Source: Rebecca billardiae RCC1528
Taxonomy: Eukaryota; Protista; Haptophyta
Assembly: GCA_965240325.2 (NCBI GenBank)
Contig: OZ251238.1
Location: 744,001-808,000, forward strand
DNA length: 64,000 bases
Reading direction: 5' to 3'
In this document: positions 35,640 to 47,669 of the stretch, piece by piece
How positions within the stretch are numbered: the stretch's first letter is position 1
Layout: every line of letters starts with the position of its first letter
Notes under the pieces: model-generated
What the model was told of the DNA's origin: nothing
Database searches by the model: none
The model's input: the letters and a program-made list of their open reading frames with translations, nothing else
Position numbers and translations under genes: made by a program

Positions 35640-36704
35640 GGCACCCGGTTGCGCACGCGCGGACTACACTCCGATGGAGCAGGCTGACGCGCGTGGCACG
35701 CGACCAGCGCGGAGGTGGACCGTCCAGGTGATGATGCGCGGCGATCTCCTGCTATTGCGCGCACTGATCCCCGGGCATCTCGAATCATCGAGTGCCGATG
35801 ACAAACGCCGAGCGACGGCAATAGGCAGAAACTATGACACAAGGCGACGAGAAACTTTGAAAAAGTACGTATGCGGGTATGCCCATTAATCATACAGGTG
35901 CCGGGGTACTTATTCCGCTAGAAAAACGAGCCGATTGAGTCGCCGAGGGACACATCATGGCGATGGGCGACCGGCATCGGATGTGCGAAAGCCGCGCCGC
36001 CGAACTCGCCATTGGCCATGGTGAGCAGCAGGAGCCGCGCCCTGAACTTGTGCTTCACGATTCGTGTATGTGCGCGGCGACGACGAGGGTGGAAGAGTCA
36101 GGAAGTAGAGATATACACACCCGGGGGCGACATCTCTGCAGGCTGCCTCGCCGAACCGCAATGGCCGAACACTCCTGCCGCGAGCAACCGCTCGCTGCAA
36201 GCTGCCATCAGCGTCGTGCACTCAGGCTGGAGCGCATGTCTCTGCCGTCAAACACTCTCGGCAGGCACGCACGTACTTCACTCGCACTGCCCTCGTGTAG
36301 CAAGCGACCCAATTGCATGCAGCGCGGCGCAAGCAGCGCGCGAACCGCGCACACGCTTAGCTCAAGCTCAGCAGCGGATATCTCGAGCCGAGAAGGAAGC
36401 TACTGTAAGGTGACATCGGCGAGCAGGAGCTCACGCAGTGAGCACGCCTGTTTGCGAGGGCAGGCATCCAGGTGACAAAGCGGTGTTGTTGCCCGCGCTC
36501 ACCTCGGTCCTGGCTTCCCGGGCGGCCCGAGCGCACGAACCGCACGATGGCTGCCCGATGCGCCTCAATAATGGCAGCTCATTACCCGGGCGTCACTTAC
36601 TCACTTGTAAATACCCACGCGGGCGGGCGCGCACGGTCACTCGGTTGCTCAGCAGTCAGCTTGGCGTGGCTCGCTACGGCGGCCCCCCGACCGCAAGCGA
36701 GGAG

Positions 36705-37292
36705 ATGGCGGCGTTGCCGAAGGACAAGCAGATGTTCCGGCGGGGCTCGCTGCGCGGCGGTGGGCTCGGCGCGCTGGAGATCGATGTGTCAGAGGGCTCG
36801 ACCCTCAATTACGTCGAGCCCTCCGAGCTCCGCAGCGTCCTCAAGGAGCCGGGCACGGTGATTGTCGACGTGCGCAGCGCGGAGGAGCGCGCAGACGGCC
36901 ACATCGCAAACTCGAAGCACATCGAGGCGAGCGAGTGGGACATCGACGGTCTCACGGGGGCGGCACGCGAGCTTGTCGACTCGATCGACCCCGCCAAGCA
37001 GCGCCTCGTCTTCCACTGCATGTACTCGCGCGAGCGCGGGCCACGCTCAGCGCTCGCCACGACCAAGGCACGCCCCGAGCTCTCGGTCGCTGTGCTGCGC
37101 GGCGGGTTCCAGCAGTGCATGACGAAGCTCTACCCCGAAGCGAAGGACGACCTCCTCGTCGGCATCAAGCCCGACAGGTGGGTCGACTACGGCCGGCAGG
37201 GCCTGATCTGGCTGCCCGACGCCGACCCTGCGGACATCGCCGCGGGCAAGCTCGCTGACATCTCCGTCTCGGGCGCGCCGGCGGCCAAATGA
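36705..37292 (+). CDS. Cdc25-like rhodanese phosphatase / arsenate reductase (Acr2/Ych1 type)
   Basis: IVDVRS...GHI, FHCMYSRERGP (HCX5R) and LRGGF. Confidence 0.82.
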   Translation: MAALPKDKQMFRRGSLRGGGLGALEIDVSEGSTLNYVEPSELRSVLKEPGTVIVDVRSAEERADGHIANSKHIEASEWDIDGLTGAARELVDSIDPAKQRLVFHCMYSRERGPRSALATTKARPELSVAVLRGGFQQCMTKLYPEAKDDLLVGIKPDRWVDYGRQGLIWLPDADPADIAAGKLADISVSGAPAAK

Positions 37293-37874
37293 TCGGCCGC
37301 GGGCCGCCGCGGGCCGCGGGCGCTGTGTCGAGCGGGTGGCTGGCGCGAGGCGGTGTCGTTCGCGTGGGATGGGGGCGCGCCGCTGCCCTCGCGAGCCTCG
37401 CAGTCGCCACAGCGCGCAACGGCAGCCAGCCGCTGTGTTGTGATCGGGGCGCTCGTCCCACGCCCGGTCACCGTTGCTCCGCCTTTGGGGAAGCCGGCCC
37501 CGCTACGAGGTATGGCGAGAGCGGCGACGCAGCGCTCACCCCGGCGAAGAGACCTTCACCATCGCGCCGCGTGAACACACGACCCGTCGCATCGAGGCTC
37601 CACCCGTTAGCGGCGACGGCCCCTGCGGGTCAGGGGCCCGGGGAGAAGGCAGCCACTGCCAGTGGCAGCGCGTCGTGACGCAGCGTCGCGGATCGGCAGC
37701 GGCGCCGCCACCGCCGGACTCGGGTCTTTCTTCGGACTGGCTTGGACGGGAATGCTGATGACGACGTCTCTTTCGTCGTCTGAGTTACGACACGTGCGAC
37801 CGGTAATACGAATCGAGCGACCTTCGTCCTTTGCCGAGAGGCTTCACCGCCTTCACGGTTCACCCTTCCGAACT

Positions 37875-39403
37875 TTCATGCTCGGAAGTCCCACAGCGGG
37901 ACTTCTCCGAGCTTACAGGATCGCCAGTGAAGACCTCCCGCGACCCTCGAGATCATACGGAGTTGGCGGCGAGATCGCGCTCTTGCGGCGGCGGCGGGCG
38001 GGAGCGCGCGCCGGCGCTCGCTCGCGCGCTCGCTGCCCGCAGCGCGCGCGTCAGGTCGTCGCGAGCGCTCGCGCACCGGCGCTAGGGCGCGTGCCACCTG
38101 CGCACGCCGCTCGTTCGCGCCTGCGCGCTCCGCTCCGCCGCTGCGGCCCTTGCGAGCGCTCGCCGTGTCCTGCGCCGGTGCTGGGCCGCGTCGAAAGCCT
38201 GGTTGTGCGGCCAGCCAAGTGTGGCGTTTGCGGCTTGGCGCGCGAGCGCGCGACGCAGCGGATGGCGCGTGTGAGCCGCCCAGCCAGCGTCACTCGCCTC
38301 GTGCGCCGCGCGCCGACCGCACGCCCCAGATTCGACGCCGAGCGCTGCTCGGTCACGGTGAGACGGGTCGGCGCTCCGCATCGCAGAGCCGCGCGTGGTC
38401 GCGCAGAAGAGGCCGCGCGTGGCCGGCGCGGCCGCTGTGTGCCGTGGCCCAGACCTCAATCGCGTCCTCAGTTGCTTGCCTTGCCCAAGTGGTCACGCCG
38501 CACTCACGAGTGGGCGACTTGACCTGACCCTGCGTGCTGGGCCGTATCTCATGCCGCCAGCAGTGGGCTCGAACAAATCCATCCTACTCCATTGGTCGAC
38601 GGCTTCAAGAACTCGATGGTCATGGTCTAGTAGTGCGCTGATGACACGCGCGCGATCTCCGTGAGCGCAGCTCTTCCATGCAATGGCTTATGTGGCTACG
38701 ATCGGTGACGGCGTGACCTCGAGACACCCGTTCTGAATCCACCTCACGTGTCTGTGTACGGGCAAAAGATTTGTGACTGCTTGGGCGAGGCGAGCGTTCT
38801 CACCTGCCGCGGACGCGATTGAAGTCTGGACCATGGCACACAGCGGCCGCGCCGGCCACGCGCGGCCTCTTCTGCGCGACCACGCGCGGCTCTGCGATGC
38901 GGAGCGCCGACCCGTCTCACTGTGACCGAGCAGCGCTCGGCGTCGAATCTGGGGCACGCGGTCGGCGCGCGGCGCACGAGGCGAGTGACGCTGGCTGGGC
39001 GGCTTACACGCGCCATCCGCTGCGTCGCGCGCTCGCGCGCCAAGCCGCAAACGCCACACTTGGCTGGCCGCACAACCAGGCTTTCGACGCGGCCCAGCAC
39101 CGGCGCAGGACACGGCGAGCGCTCGCAAGCGCCGCAGCGGCGGAGCGGAGCGCGCAGGCGCGAACGAGCGGCGTGCGCAGGTGGCACGCGCCCTAGCGCC
39201 GGTGCGCGAGCGCTCGCGACGACCTGACGCGCGCGCTGCGGGCAGCGAGCGCGCGAGCGAGCGCCGGCGCGCGCTCCCGCCCGCCGCCGCCGCAAGAGCG
39301 CGATCTCGCCGCCAACTCCGTATGATCTCGAGGGGCGCGGGAGGTCTTCACTGGCGATCCTGTAAGCTCGGAGAAGTCCCGCTGTGGGACTTCCGAGCAT
39401 GAA
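37875..39403. repeat. Long near-perfect inverted repeat (~600-bp arms, ~275-bp spacer)
   Basis: 37875-~38497 is the reverse complement of ~38773-39403. Mirror ORFs appear in the ORF track (37662+ vs 38744-, 38082- vs 38819+). Roughly ten substitutions by eye, plus an indel near the inner ends. Confidence 0.95.
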
Positions 39404-39588
39404 CTTCGAGTTCGGCCCGAGCCCGCGACGACAGCGCGTGACGGCGCGGCGTCCGGCTCACGCATGGTCTGCACCGGACGGCCAACGACGGGGGCGCCGC
39501 GCGCCTTCAGGGCTGAGCCGCCCGTCACTGCTTCGCCGAATAGCCACGCCCGCCGACCACACGGTTGCGCACCCCCCCCGCCGTGGCC

Positions 39589-41468
39589 ATGACCGAGCTG
39601 CGTGCCGACGCGCGCGACGACATCGGCCCCGCGCCGCTGGGCGGTGGCGGGATCGAGCCCCATCATCACGACCCACGCGTGCCAGCCCCCGACGCTCACG
39701 CGCCCCCGCTGCCATCGCCCGTTCTCGGCGAGACCAACACCGACGCCGACACTGAGACGATCAAGCTCACACGTACGCCGCCCGCAGCGCGGAGCGCGGG
39801 CGCCGCGGCGCGGGCCGACGAGCGGGCAGATGCTGCATGCGTGCGCGTCAACGCGCAGCCGTCCCCGCTCACCCCAGCCCTGCCGCCCCTGCGCGCGCGC
39901 ACCTGCCCCACGGTGCGGCCCGTGTTGGCACGCGCTCCCTCGCGCTGCGCGCGCGCGCAGGCAAGTACTACCACGTGCCCAGCGCGGCCGTGAGGGGCGC
40001 GAAGGCGTCCGCGTACACGGGCGTGTCCTTCAACGCGGGCAGCGGCCTGTGGGAGGCCAGCGGCTCCGAGCGCAACCTGCCGGTGCCGCTCGGCGCGTTT
40101 GCGACAGAGCACGGCGCGGCCGCGGCTTACGATGCATGGGCGCTGGAGCGCGGCCTGCCGACGAGCTGCGGCGCGGATGGCGGCTCTGCGGAGGCCAGCC
40201 CCGCCGAAGCTGCGCCCGCCGCGCATGCCGAGCCAGCGCCGGCCGCGCCGGACCACCCGATCGCATCACCCACGGGCGCGCCCGCCGCGTGCCCGCCCGG
40301 CGCGGCGGCGCCCGCTGTCGAGCAGCTGGCCGCGGCGCCCGGCGCGACGCCCCCGCCGGGCGCGGGCTGCACGAAGAAGCGGCCGCCGAGCGCGCCCGGG
40401 GCACCCGCGCGCACCGACGACGGCGTGCCCACCGACCTCAAGAAGGCGCGCGTCGATCGCCTCCTCGCCGCCCGCAAGGCGGTCGCCGCCCGTGCGGCTG
40501 CCACAAAGGAGCGCCGGGTGGCGGCTGTGCGAAGGGGCCTTCAGGCGAGGCGCGCCGCGCTCGCCGCGCAGAAGGAGGCGCCCGCCGCCGCCGAGGCGCA
40601 GCCGCAGGGCGCGCCCGGCCAGCCCGCCGCCGACCAGCCCGCCCACCAGCCCGCCGCCGCCGAGCCGAGGCGCGCGCCCGCACGCGCCCCGCCGCCGGCC
40701 GCCGGCGTCGGCGCCGACGGCAGCGGCGCGGGCTTCATCGGCGTGCGGCGCGCCGTCGACCCGCTGGATGGCGAGTACTGGGAGGCGCTGGTGCACCGCC
40801 CGCCCGCGCTGGTGCGCTCGTCGGAGCTGGAGTGCTGCGAGGAGCTCGGCGACATCGACGACGACGTGGGCGGCGGCCCGGCTGACGCCGCCCGCGCCGC
40901 CGACGGCCCTCCGCCGCGTGCGCCCGCCCTGCACACAGCTGCACCGCGCTCGCCGGCGCGCGCCGACGGCTCTCTGACTGCCCTGCTGGGCCTCGTCGAG
41001 GGGTGGAGGGGCGGCGCCGCCTCGCCGAGCGAGCCGCTCGGCGGCGCGGGCGCGGCGGGCGCGCCGAGCGGCCCCGCGCCCGCGCCGCGCCGCGGCGCCT
41101 TCGTCCCCACCTTCTGCATCGGCCGATACGAATCGGCGGAGGCGGCGGCGCGCGCGCACGACGCTGCCAAGCTTACGCTGCTTGGGCAGCGCCCGTCCAA
41201 CTTCTGCTGGTACCAGGCGTGCGCGCGCTGCCCGCGCACGGGCGAGATGCACCACCTCGGCTGGTACCAGCGCGACCACGACGCGCGCCTCGCGTGCGCC
41301 AGGTTCGCGCGCGAGCGCAGCGCCAAGATGTACTTCGTCAACTACCGCGGCGAGAGGCCAGTGGACGCGCGCTCGCTGCTCGAGTCCGCGTGGAAGCGCC
41401 TCAACGGTGCAGCCAGCGCGCACGCGCCGCCGCCGCCGCCGCCGCAGGCTCGCATGGCGGGGGCGTAG
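39589..41468 (+). CDS. AP2-domain DNA-binding protein
   Basis: SAYTGVSFNAGSGLWEAS...LGAFATEHGAAAAYD, GFIGVRR...WEA...IGRYESAEAAARAHD...NF, and a third partial HLGWYQRDHDARLA. Intron 39773-39960. Confidence 0.8.
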
Positions 41469-41884
41469 GGCTCGGCCGTCGCATGGCGCACGCGACTTGT
41501 CACGGACGACGGGTGGCTGCCGCCCGTTGCGGCGCGGTGCCGGGTTCGGCGGGTTGGCGGCCGCGCCCGCGGCCTTCGTGCGGCAGCCGACTGCTCTCAG
41601 TCTCGGTCGTCGTCGGAGTCCGTCGCATTGCAAGGCCGTGCGAGCTTGGCTGCACAGAGTCTCGACCCGTGAGGCATGGCGCATGGCTGCATGCCGCCAT
41701 TGGCAATCATGGGCGTGCCATCGTTGCAGCAGCAAGTTGCTTACTCAAATGTGTCTGCGCCACAGACGGTTAGCGGGTTCGCACCGGCCGGACCGGACCA
41801 CGGGCGTCCACCCCCGTGACCCCGCGGCCGGGCAGGCCGGTGGCGCTCTGACGTCCGCCCAGCCACCCTTGGCCCAGCGGCGTG

Positions 41885-44363
41885 CGGCAGCGCTAAATCA
41901 GCCCGGGCCGATTTAAGCTTATCTCAGCCCGGGCCGATTTAAGCGCTTAAATCGGCCCGGGCTGAGATAAGCTCCGCGCGAGCTTATCTCAGCCCGGGCT
42001 GAGATAAGCGCTTATCTCAGCCCAGCGGCTCGCGACTCGGCCGCCGTGGACTCGGAGCGCACGTCGCGCGGTGCGGCCCGCCCGCTCCATGGCTGCACGC
42101 GCTGCTGTGTCTTCGGTGGCCACAGGGTGAAGTGTGCTGAGTCTAGTGGCGGGCCCAGCTCCACCCACCCCCTTCTCCCTGGCCCGCCCCGCCTGCCCTC
42201 GCCTGCATCGGATGCCTTCCTCGCGCATGCAACGGCCTCAGCCAACGCCATTGTTCCACCATCGATTCCACCATCGACGGTCGCGGGTACGTGTACGTCG
42301 TGTGCTGTACATGTGTGTCATGTGTAATCGCACGCATGTGGCCACGGCCCACGTGCACCTGTCTGCCGTGTGCCGTTGCCCTTGTACCACGTTGCCCTTG
42401 TACCGTTCGCGCGTTGCGGCATGTGCTTGCCCAGCTTGGCATACTTGCCGGTCACGCTCGACGCTGGATCAGCCAATCATCGCGATCCCGTCAGATCGAA
42501 ACGGTCCCTTCGCGCGGCGCACTACTCTGCGCGGCGGCTGCCGGTTCACGACCGAGCTTGGACCATCGGCTGACAGCTGTGGTGTGCGGCTCGCTGCGTC
42601 TCAAGTGTGGCAGGCGCTTCGGCAGAGTAATACACTGTCGACGGTCGTGGCGCCGCAGCTGGTGGGCTCACCGGCGCCGTCGCGCTCGCAGCTTTCGGCG
42701 CGCTTGGCGAGCACGCCAAGGTCGCCGCGCGCACCGTGGTCCGCGTGCACACAACGGCCGCCGCGCGCGCCGCAGCCGTCTTGCGCGCCGCAGCCGGCGA
42801 GCGCGCCGCGGCCGGCGAGCGCGCCGCGGCTGCTGAGCGCGCCCGGCCGGCGAGCGCGCCGCGGCCGGCGAGTGCGCCGCGGCTGCTGCGCGCGCCCGGC
42901 CGGTGAGCGCGCCGCGGCTGCCGCGCGCCGCGCGGCTGGCGATTGCGCCGCGGCTGCCACGCGCGCTGCGGCCGGTAAGCGCGCCACGGCGGCAGACAGC
43001 GTAACTCGGCCGTCGCGCCCGGCCGGCGAGCGCGCCGTGGCTGCTGCGCGCGCCGCGGCTGCCGCGCGCGCCGCGGCCGGCGAGCGCGCCGAGGCCGACC
43101 AACGCGCCGCGACCGCCCCGCGCACGGCGACCGAAGGCGAGTCTGTGGCGGATAGCGAGCTTGCCGCTGCGGCTAGTGAGCGCGCCGCAACCGGCGCGGA
43201 TGGATGGTGCAGCCGGGGCTTGCGCCACCGCGACCGGTGAGCAGGCCGCGCCAGCATGCGTAGGTATTGGCGAGCGCGCCACCGCAACCGGCGAGCGCGC
43301 ACCGCACGGGCCACAGATGCCCATTGGCCCAACGCCGCAGGTGCCCATCAAGCCTGGCGCCAACACGTGACAGTTGCGCGATGAGGCTGAGCGTGCTCGC
43401 CGGCCGCTGCGCGCTCACTGGCCGCGGCGGCGCGCTCGCTCGCTATCCGCCACAGACTAGCCTTCGGTCGTCGCGCACGGCCGCGGCGCGCTGGTCCGCC
43501 GCGGCGCGCGCGGCAGCCACGGCGCGCGCGGCAACCGCGGCGCGCGCGGCGGCCACCGCGCGCGTGGCGCATGCGGCGGCCGCTGCGTGCGTGCGGACCG
43601 CGGCGCACACCGCAACCTTAGCTTGCTGTCCGTGCGCACCAGCCCCTGAGCCGCGGCACGCGCTGCGAGCTTGGCGTGCTCGCCGTGCGCGCCGACAGCT
43701 GCGGGCGTGCCGGCGTCGGCGCGCCCACTAGCCGCAGCGCCATGATCGTCCATGGAGCTGCGCCGGTGCCCATGCCTGTGCCGCTGGCACCGGTACGCCC
43801 GCGCGCGGCGGCCGCGGTGGCAACGTTCAGCACATTTTGAACAACGTGCAATGGCAACAGCACACAACCGACTGTAGCGCACGGGCCGTGTTCACCCGCG
43901 TGCGACTACGCGCGGACATGGTCAACTGGCGAACGTCGATGGTGCGTCCATGGTGTTGGCTGCATGCTTCTCATGCGGGCAGCAAGTCCACAAGCCGAGT
44001 TGCCGCCGTGGAGTTGCATGCGCGAGGAAGGCATCCGATGCGGGCGAGGGCAGGCGGGGCGGGCCAGGGAGAAGGGGGTGGGTGGAGCTGGGCGCCCGCC
44101 ACTAGACTCAGCACACTTCACCCCGTGGCCACCGAAGACACAGCAGCGCGTGCAGCCATGGAGCGGGCGGGCCGCACCGCGCGACGTGCGCTCCGAGTCC
44201 ACGGCGGCCGAGTCGCGAGCCGCTGGGCTGAGATAAGCGCTTATCTCAGCCCGGGCTGAGATAAGCTCGCGCGGAGCTTATCTCAGCCCGGGCCGATTTA
44301 AGCGCTTAAATCGGCCCGGGCTGAGATAAGCTTAAATCGGCCCGGGCTGATTTAGCGCTGCCG
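41885..44363. mobile_element. Non-autonomous foldback / Mutator-like (MULE) DNA transposon
   Basis: ~350-bp terminal inverted repeats (41885-42233 and 44013-44363) flanked by a perfect 9-bp direct repeat AGCGGCGTG (41876-41884 and 44364-44372). No transposase inside. Confidence 0.88.
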
Positions 44364-44496
44364 AGCGGCGTGTCCGGCAAAAGCCCGCCGGAAGCCCGGA
44401 AGCGGCAACTGGTGGCGCCTGCTTCCGTCATCATCTTCCATCGTCGCGATGCTCGGCGGAGAGGTCGATCGGCGCGGGCGCGGTGGCGGCCGCACG

Positions 44497-45234
44497 ATGG
44501 AGTGGGTGCGCTTCGTCGTGCTCCTGCTGGCGGCGTACATGGTGTACTCGTCCACCACCGCCATGCACGAGGCGCTGCAGTCGGCGGAGCGCGTGCTTCG
44601 TCAGGTGCATGGGGAGATGAGCAAGGGCGAGGAGTCAAAGGAGGTGCACGAGCTTGCGACGCGTGTGCTCAAGCTCGAGCAGAGCGTGCAACAGATGGGG
44701 ACCACCGTGCAGGAGAAGATCGAGGCATCGCTCGCCGCCGCCGAGAAGGCCGCGACGCACTCGGCGGGCGACCAGCAGGAGGCATCAACCAAGCTCGCGC
44801 ACGACGTGACTCTCTCCTCGGAGGCCACGCGCAAAGTTGTCGAGGAGATGCGAGCGGCGTCGGAGAGCGAGCTCGCGGGGATGAAGACGGCCATCAGTGG
44901 GCTGTCGGATGCGATCGCCAAGCTCGCCGCCGCCGGCGCGAGCCACACCGTCACACCTCCGGCCGTGCACATCCCGAAGCCATCAGGCTCGGCGCCGGGT
45001 CGCGGAACGGAAGGGACGGCGGCAGAGGGCGCGGCAGCGGCCGACGCCAGTGCTGCGACGGCGGCCGACGCGCCCGCAGAGGGCGCCGCGCTGCGGCAGG
45101 CGCCGCCGGCGGAGGGCGCAGATGCAGCCGAGGCGGACGCAGCCGGCGAGGATCACTCCCCAGACGCAGCCAGCGACGCGAGCGCGCCGGCTGCACGAGC
45201 CGACAGCGCGGGGAGCGCCGCCGGCAGCGAGTAG
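44497..45234 (+). CDS. Uncharacterised signal-anchored coiled-coil protein
   Basis: MEWVRFVVLLLAAYMVYS TM or signal, heptad-rich middle, acidic Ala-rich tail. An upstream ATG at 44449 is possible. Confidence 0.65.
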   Translation: MEWVRFVVLLLAAYMVYSSTTAMHEALQSAERVLRQVHGEMSKGEESKEVHELATRVLKLEQSVQQMGTTVQEKIEASLAAAEKAATHSAGDQQEASTKLAHDVTLSSEATRKVVEEMRAASESELAGMKTAISGLSDAIAKLAAAGASHTVTPPAVHIPKPSGSAPGRGTEGTAAEGAAAADASAATAADAPAEGAALRQAPPAEGADAAEADAAGEDHSPDAASDASAPAARADSAGSAAGSE

Positions 45235-45916
45235 CTCGCTGCCGGTGATGTATTCGTCTGCGGCTCTGCGCTGACAATCGACCGTCTGTGCAGCGGTGCA
45301 GCCTGTGCTGCCTGCTGCTCGCCGCCGTCCGCTTAGCTGCGCACGCACAGCAGTAGAACTTTGATGCCACTCAGGCCGACTAATAAGTCATCTCGGCCGC
45401 GGAACCGGCGGCACTGGCTTACTGGCTAAGCTCGGACGGTTCGTTCAGACCGAGCAGGCGCCGGCCAGCACTGCCCGGTCTAGGCGCTAAGCTAGAGTGG
45501 AGTATCAGTAAAGCCGCAGCAGCCGAGACGCTCGTCCGAGCTCGTCCGGTCCGCCGTCCGGCGGGCGGCAGACCGGCGGTCCGGCGCGGACGTGAGACGT
45601 CGCCGCGGCGCCGGCGTTGCCGTTCATGCCGTTGGAGTCGTTGGACGGCAGCGCCGCTGACTCATCGGGCAGTCTATAGTGTCGTCTATGACTGCTCGCA
45701 CTATATTGCTATACCGTTATTGTACCTCGGTCGTATAGGCTATACTTGTAGCCTACGGCTACAAGTGAGTGTGGCGCGCTGTGAGTGTGGCGCGACCGTT
45801 GCGGTAACGCGCGCCGAACCGAGGGCGAGAACTCTGCCTGACGACCGACAGCCACACGTGTACCGACCGTCGCAACATGCGCCATGTCAACAACACGAAC
45901 CAACGACCCAAGAGCG

Positions 45917-47440
45917 TCATGCGGCCACGGAAGGAGAGCTCGCCGTGATGGCACTGCCATTCCCGTTCGCCACGACCGCCTGCGCGCCATTGCAGCCCTT
46001 GGCGTGAGGTATTCCGTCGAGCCGCGCTGCGCTCGCGTCGCTGGCGACAGCGACGCCCGCACACAGCTGTGCCTTGTCGCTGCCGCTGCCATCCACAGCA
46101 CGCGGGTCGCACGCGCCACCGGAAGCCCCATCCTCAGCCGCCGCGCCCAGAGGCCGACCGTCTGTCTCCGCCTGCGCCATCTGCGCCTCCAGCTCGTCGT
46201 CGTCCGCGGGGACGAGCTCCCGCAACTCCTGCTCGGCGGCGGCGCCGACCATGTTGACAGACTCGGTCTTGTGCACCGCCATGACGAACGGCGTGCCCAC
46301 GGTCCGCCACAGGCCGAGCCGCTGCTTGGCGGCGAGGAGCACCGCGCTGCATGTCGGCGCGAGCAGGCTCATGAGCACGGCGGTACCCAGCGTGCCGCCG
46401 ATGATCGCCAGGCTCAGGCCGGTCGACAGCTCCTTCCCAAGCAGCACGCTCAGAGTGATCTTGGTGCCGATGAAGCCGAGCAGGAGAGCGACCGCTGGCT
46501 GCAGGTAGACGAAGCGGCGGATGAGCATCACGGTGATCGTGTACACCGAGCGCAGGCTGAGCACCGCGCACATCACCGCCAGGTAGACAATCAATGTGTC
46601 CGACGTCATGCCTGCACGGCCGCCGCACGCGTGCGCGAACGCGCGTGGAGCGCCCTCGTGAGCTGGCCGGGTGGCGCGCGCGCGCCGAGGGCGAGAAGAC
46701 GCGTGCGGCCGCGCGCGCACCGAGCACGGCTGGCACGCTGTCGACGGCGAAGACAATATCTGACATCTCGATGGTCACGAGCACGAGGAAGAGCGGCGTC
46801 GCCCTGCACACGCCAAGCGGGCCACATCGCACGAGGTGCGCGGTGTGAGGCGAGGGCGCCGCGCCGCGCTTGCCCGGCGCCATCGGCGCGTGTGGCGCTC
46901 GCGCACGCACCGTAACTTGCCGTCCTCGCGCGCGAAGAGCCGGCTCCCGGCGTAATCATTCGTCACGGGGATCATCCGCTGCACCAGCCGCACGATGCGC
47001 GTGTCGCCGACGTTCTCCTCCTCGTCGTCATCGCCCCCGAAGAAGCCCATCTGGATTGCAGACCAGAAGAGCGCCACCGCGAAGAGCAGCATGAGCGGCT
47101 TGACGGCGTGCACGGCCGCCGAGCCGGCGACGAGCGCGACCGCGCGCAGCATGATCGCGCCCACGATGCCCCACGTGAGCGCGGTGCTCTGCAGCTCCTC
47201 CGGGCACTTGAAGTACTGGAAGATGAGGTAGAACGCAAACATGTTGTCCACAGAGAGACTGAGCTCCATGGCATAGCACGCGACGAAGGCGAGCGCGCCG
47301 TCCCGACCGCGCGCGTGGCCGATCACGTACAACGCGCTCAACGTCGCTGCCAGCGTCAGCGTCAGCGAGCTCGCCAGGCGCATCCGTGGGTCGCCCACCA
47401 CGGAGCAGGTCGAGCGCGCCGGGGTCTCGTCGGCAGCCAT
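45917..47440 (-). CDS. TerC/Alx family membrane protein (copy A)
   Basis: YAMELSLSVDNMFAF, WGIVGAIMLR, RATPLFLVLVTIEMSDIVFAVDSVPAV, LRSVY and LGFIGTK. Introns 46804-46910 and 46612-46720. Confidence 0.92.
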
Positions 47441-47669
47441 GGTCCTTCAACGCCCCCAACGCCCGCGCGCGGCGTTCCGGCCAATAAAAGATGTCGTCGT
47501 CAATCGTCATGGATTCCGCTGTGGACATCCGGAATTCCGGACGCCGCTTCTCGTGCGCCGGAAGTGCACTGTGGTGAGCAGCGCCGCGCAACGGCACAAG
47601 GGCGTTCGCGCGTCGGGTGGCTAGCCTGCGCCGCTGTTGCCGGGACTCGGCGCCCCGGCGCGCGCGCAC

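Noticed and set aside
35957-36475. 172-aa ORF between Patched and the rhodanese gene
   Set aside because: Lacks the GC3 codon bias of real genes here and has no motif; probably promoter or UTR.
37662-39400. ORFs of 286 and 218 aa in the IR arms
   Set aside because: Low-complexity Arg-rich translations with no recognisable domain, explained by the repeat.
41890-42025. Short palindromic repeats that look CRISPR-like
   Set aside because: No unique spacers and no cas genes. They are part of TIRs mirrored at ~44225-44360.
42134-43366. Transposase inside the TIR element
   Set aside because: ORFs are Ala/Arg low complexity with no DDE or zinc-finger motifs.
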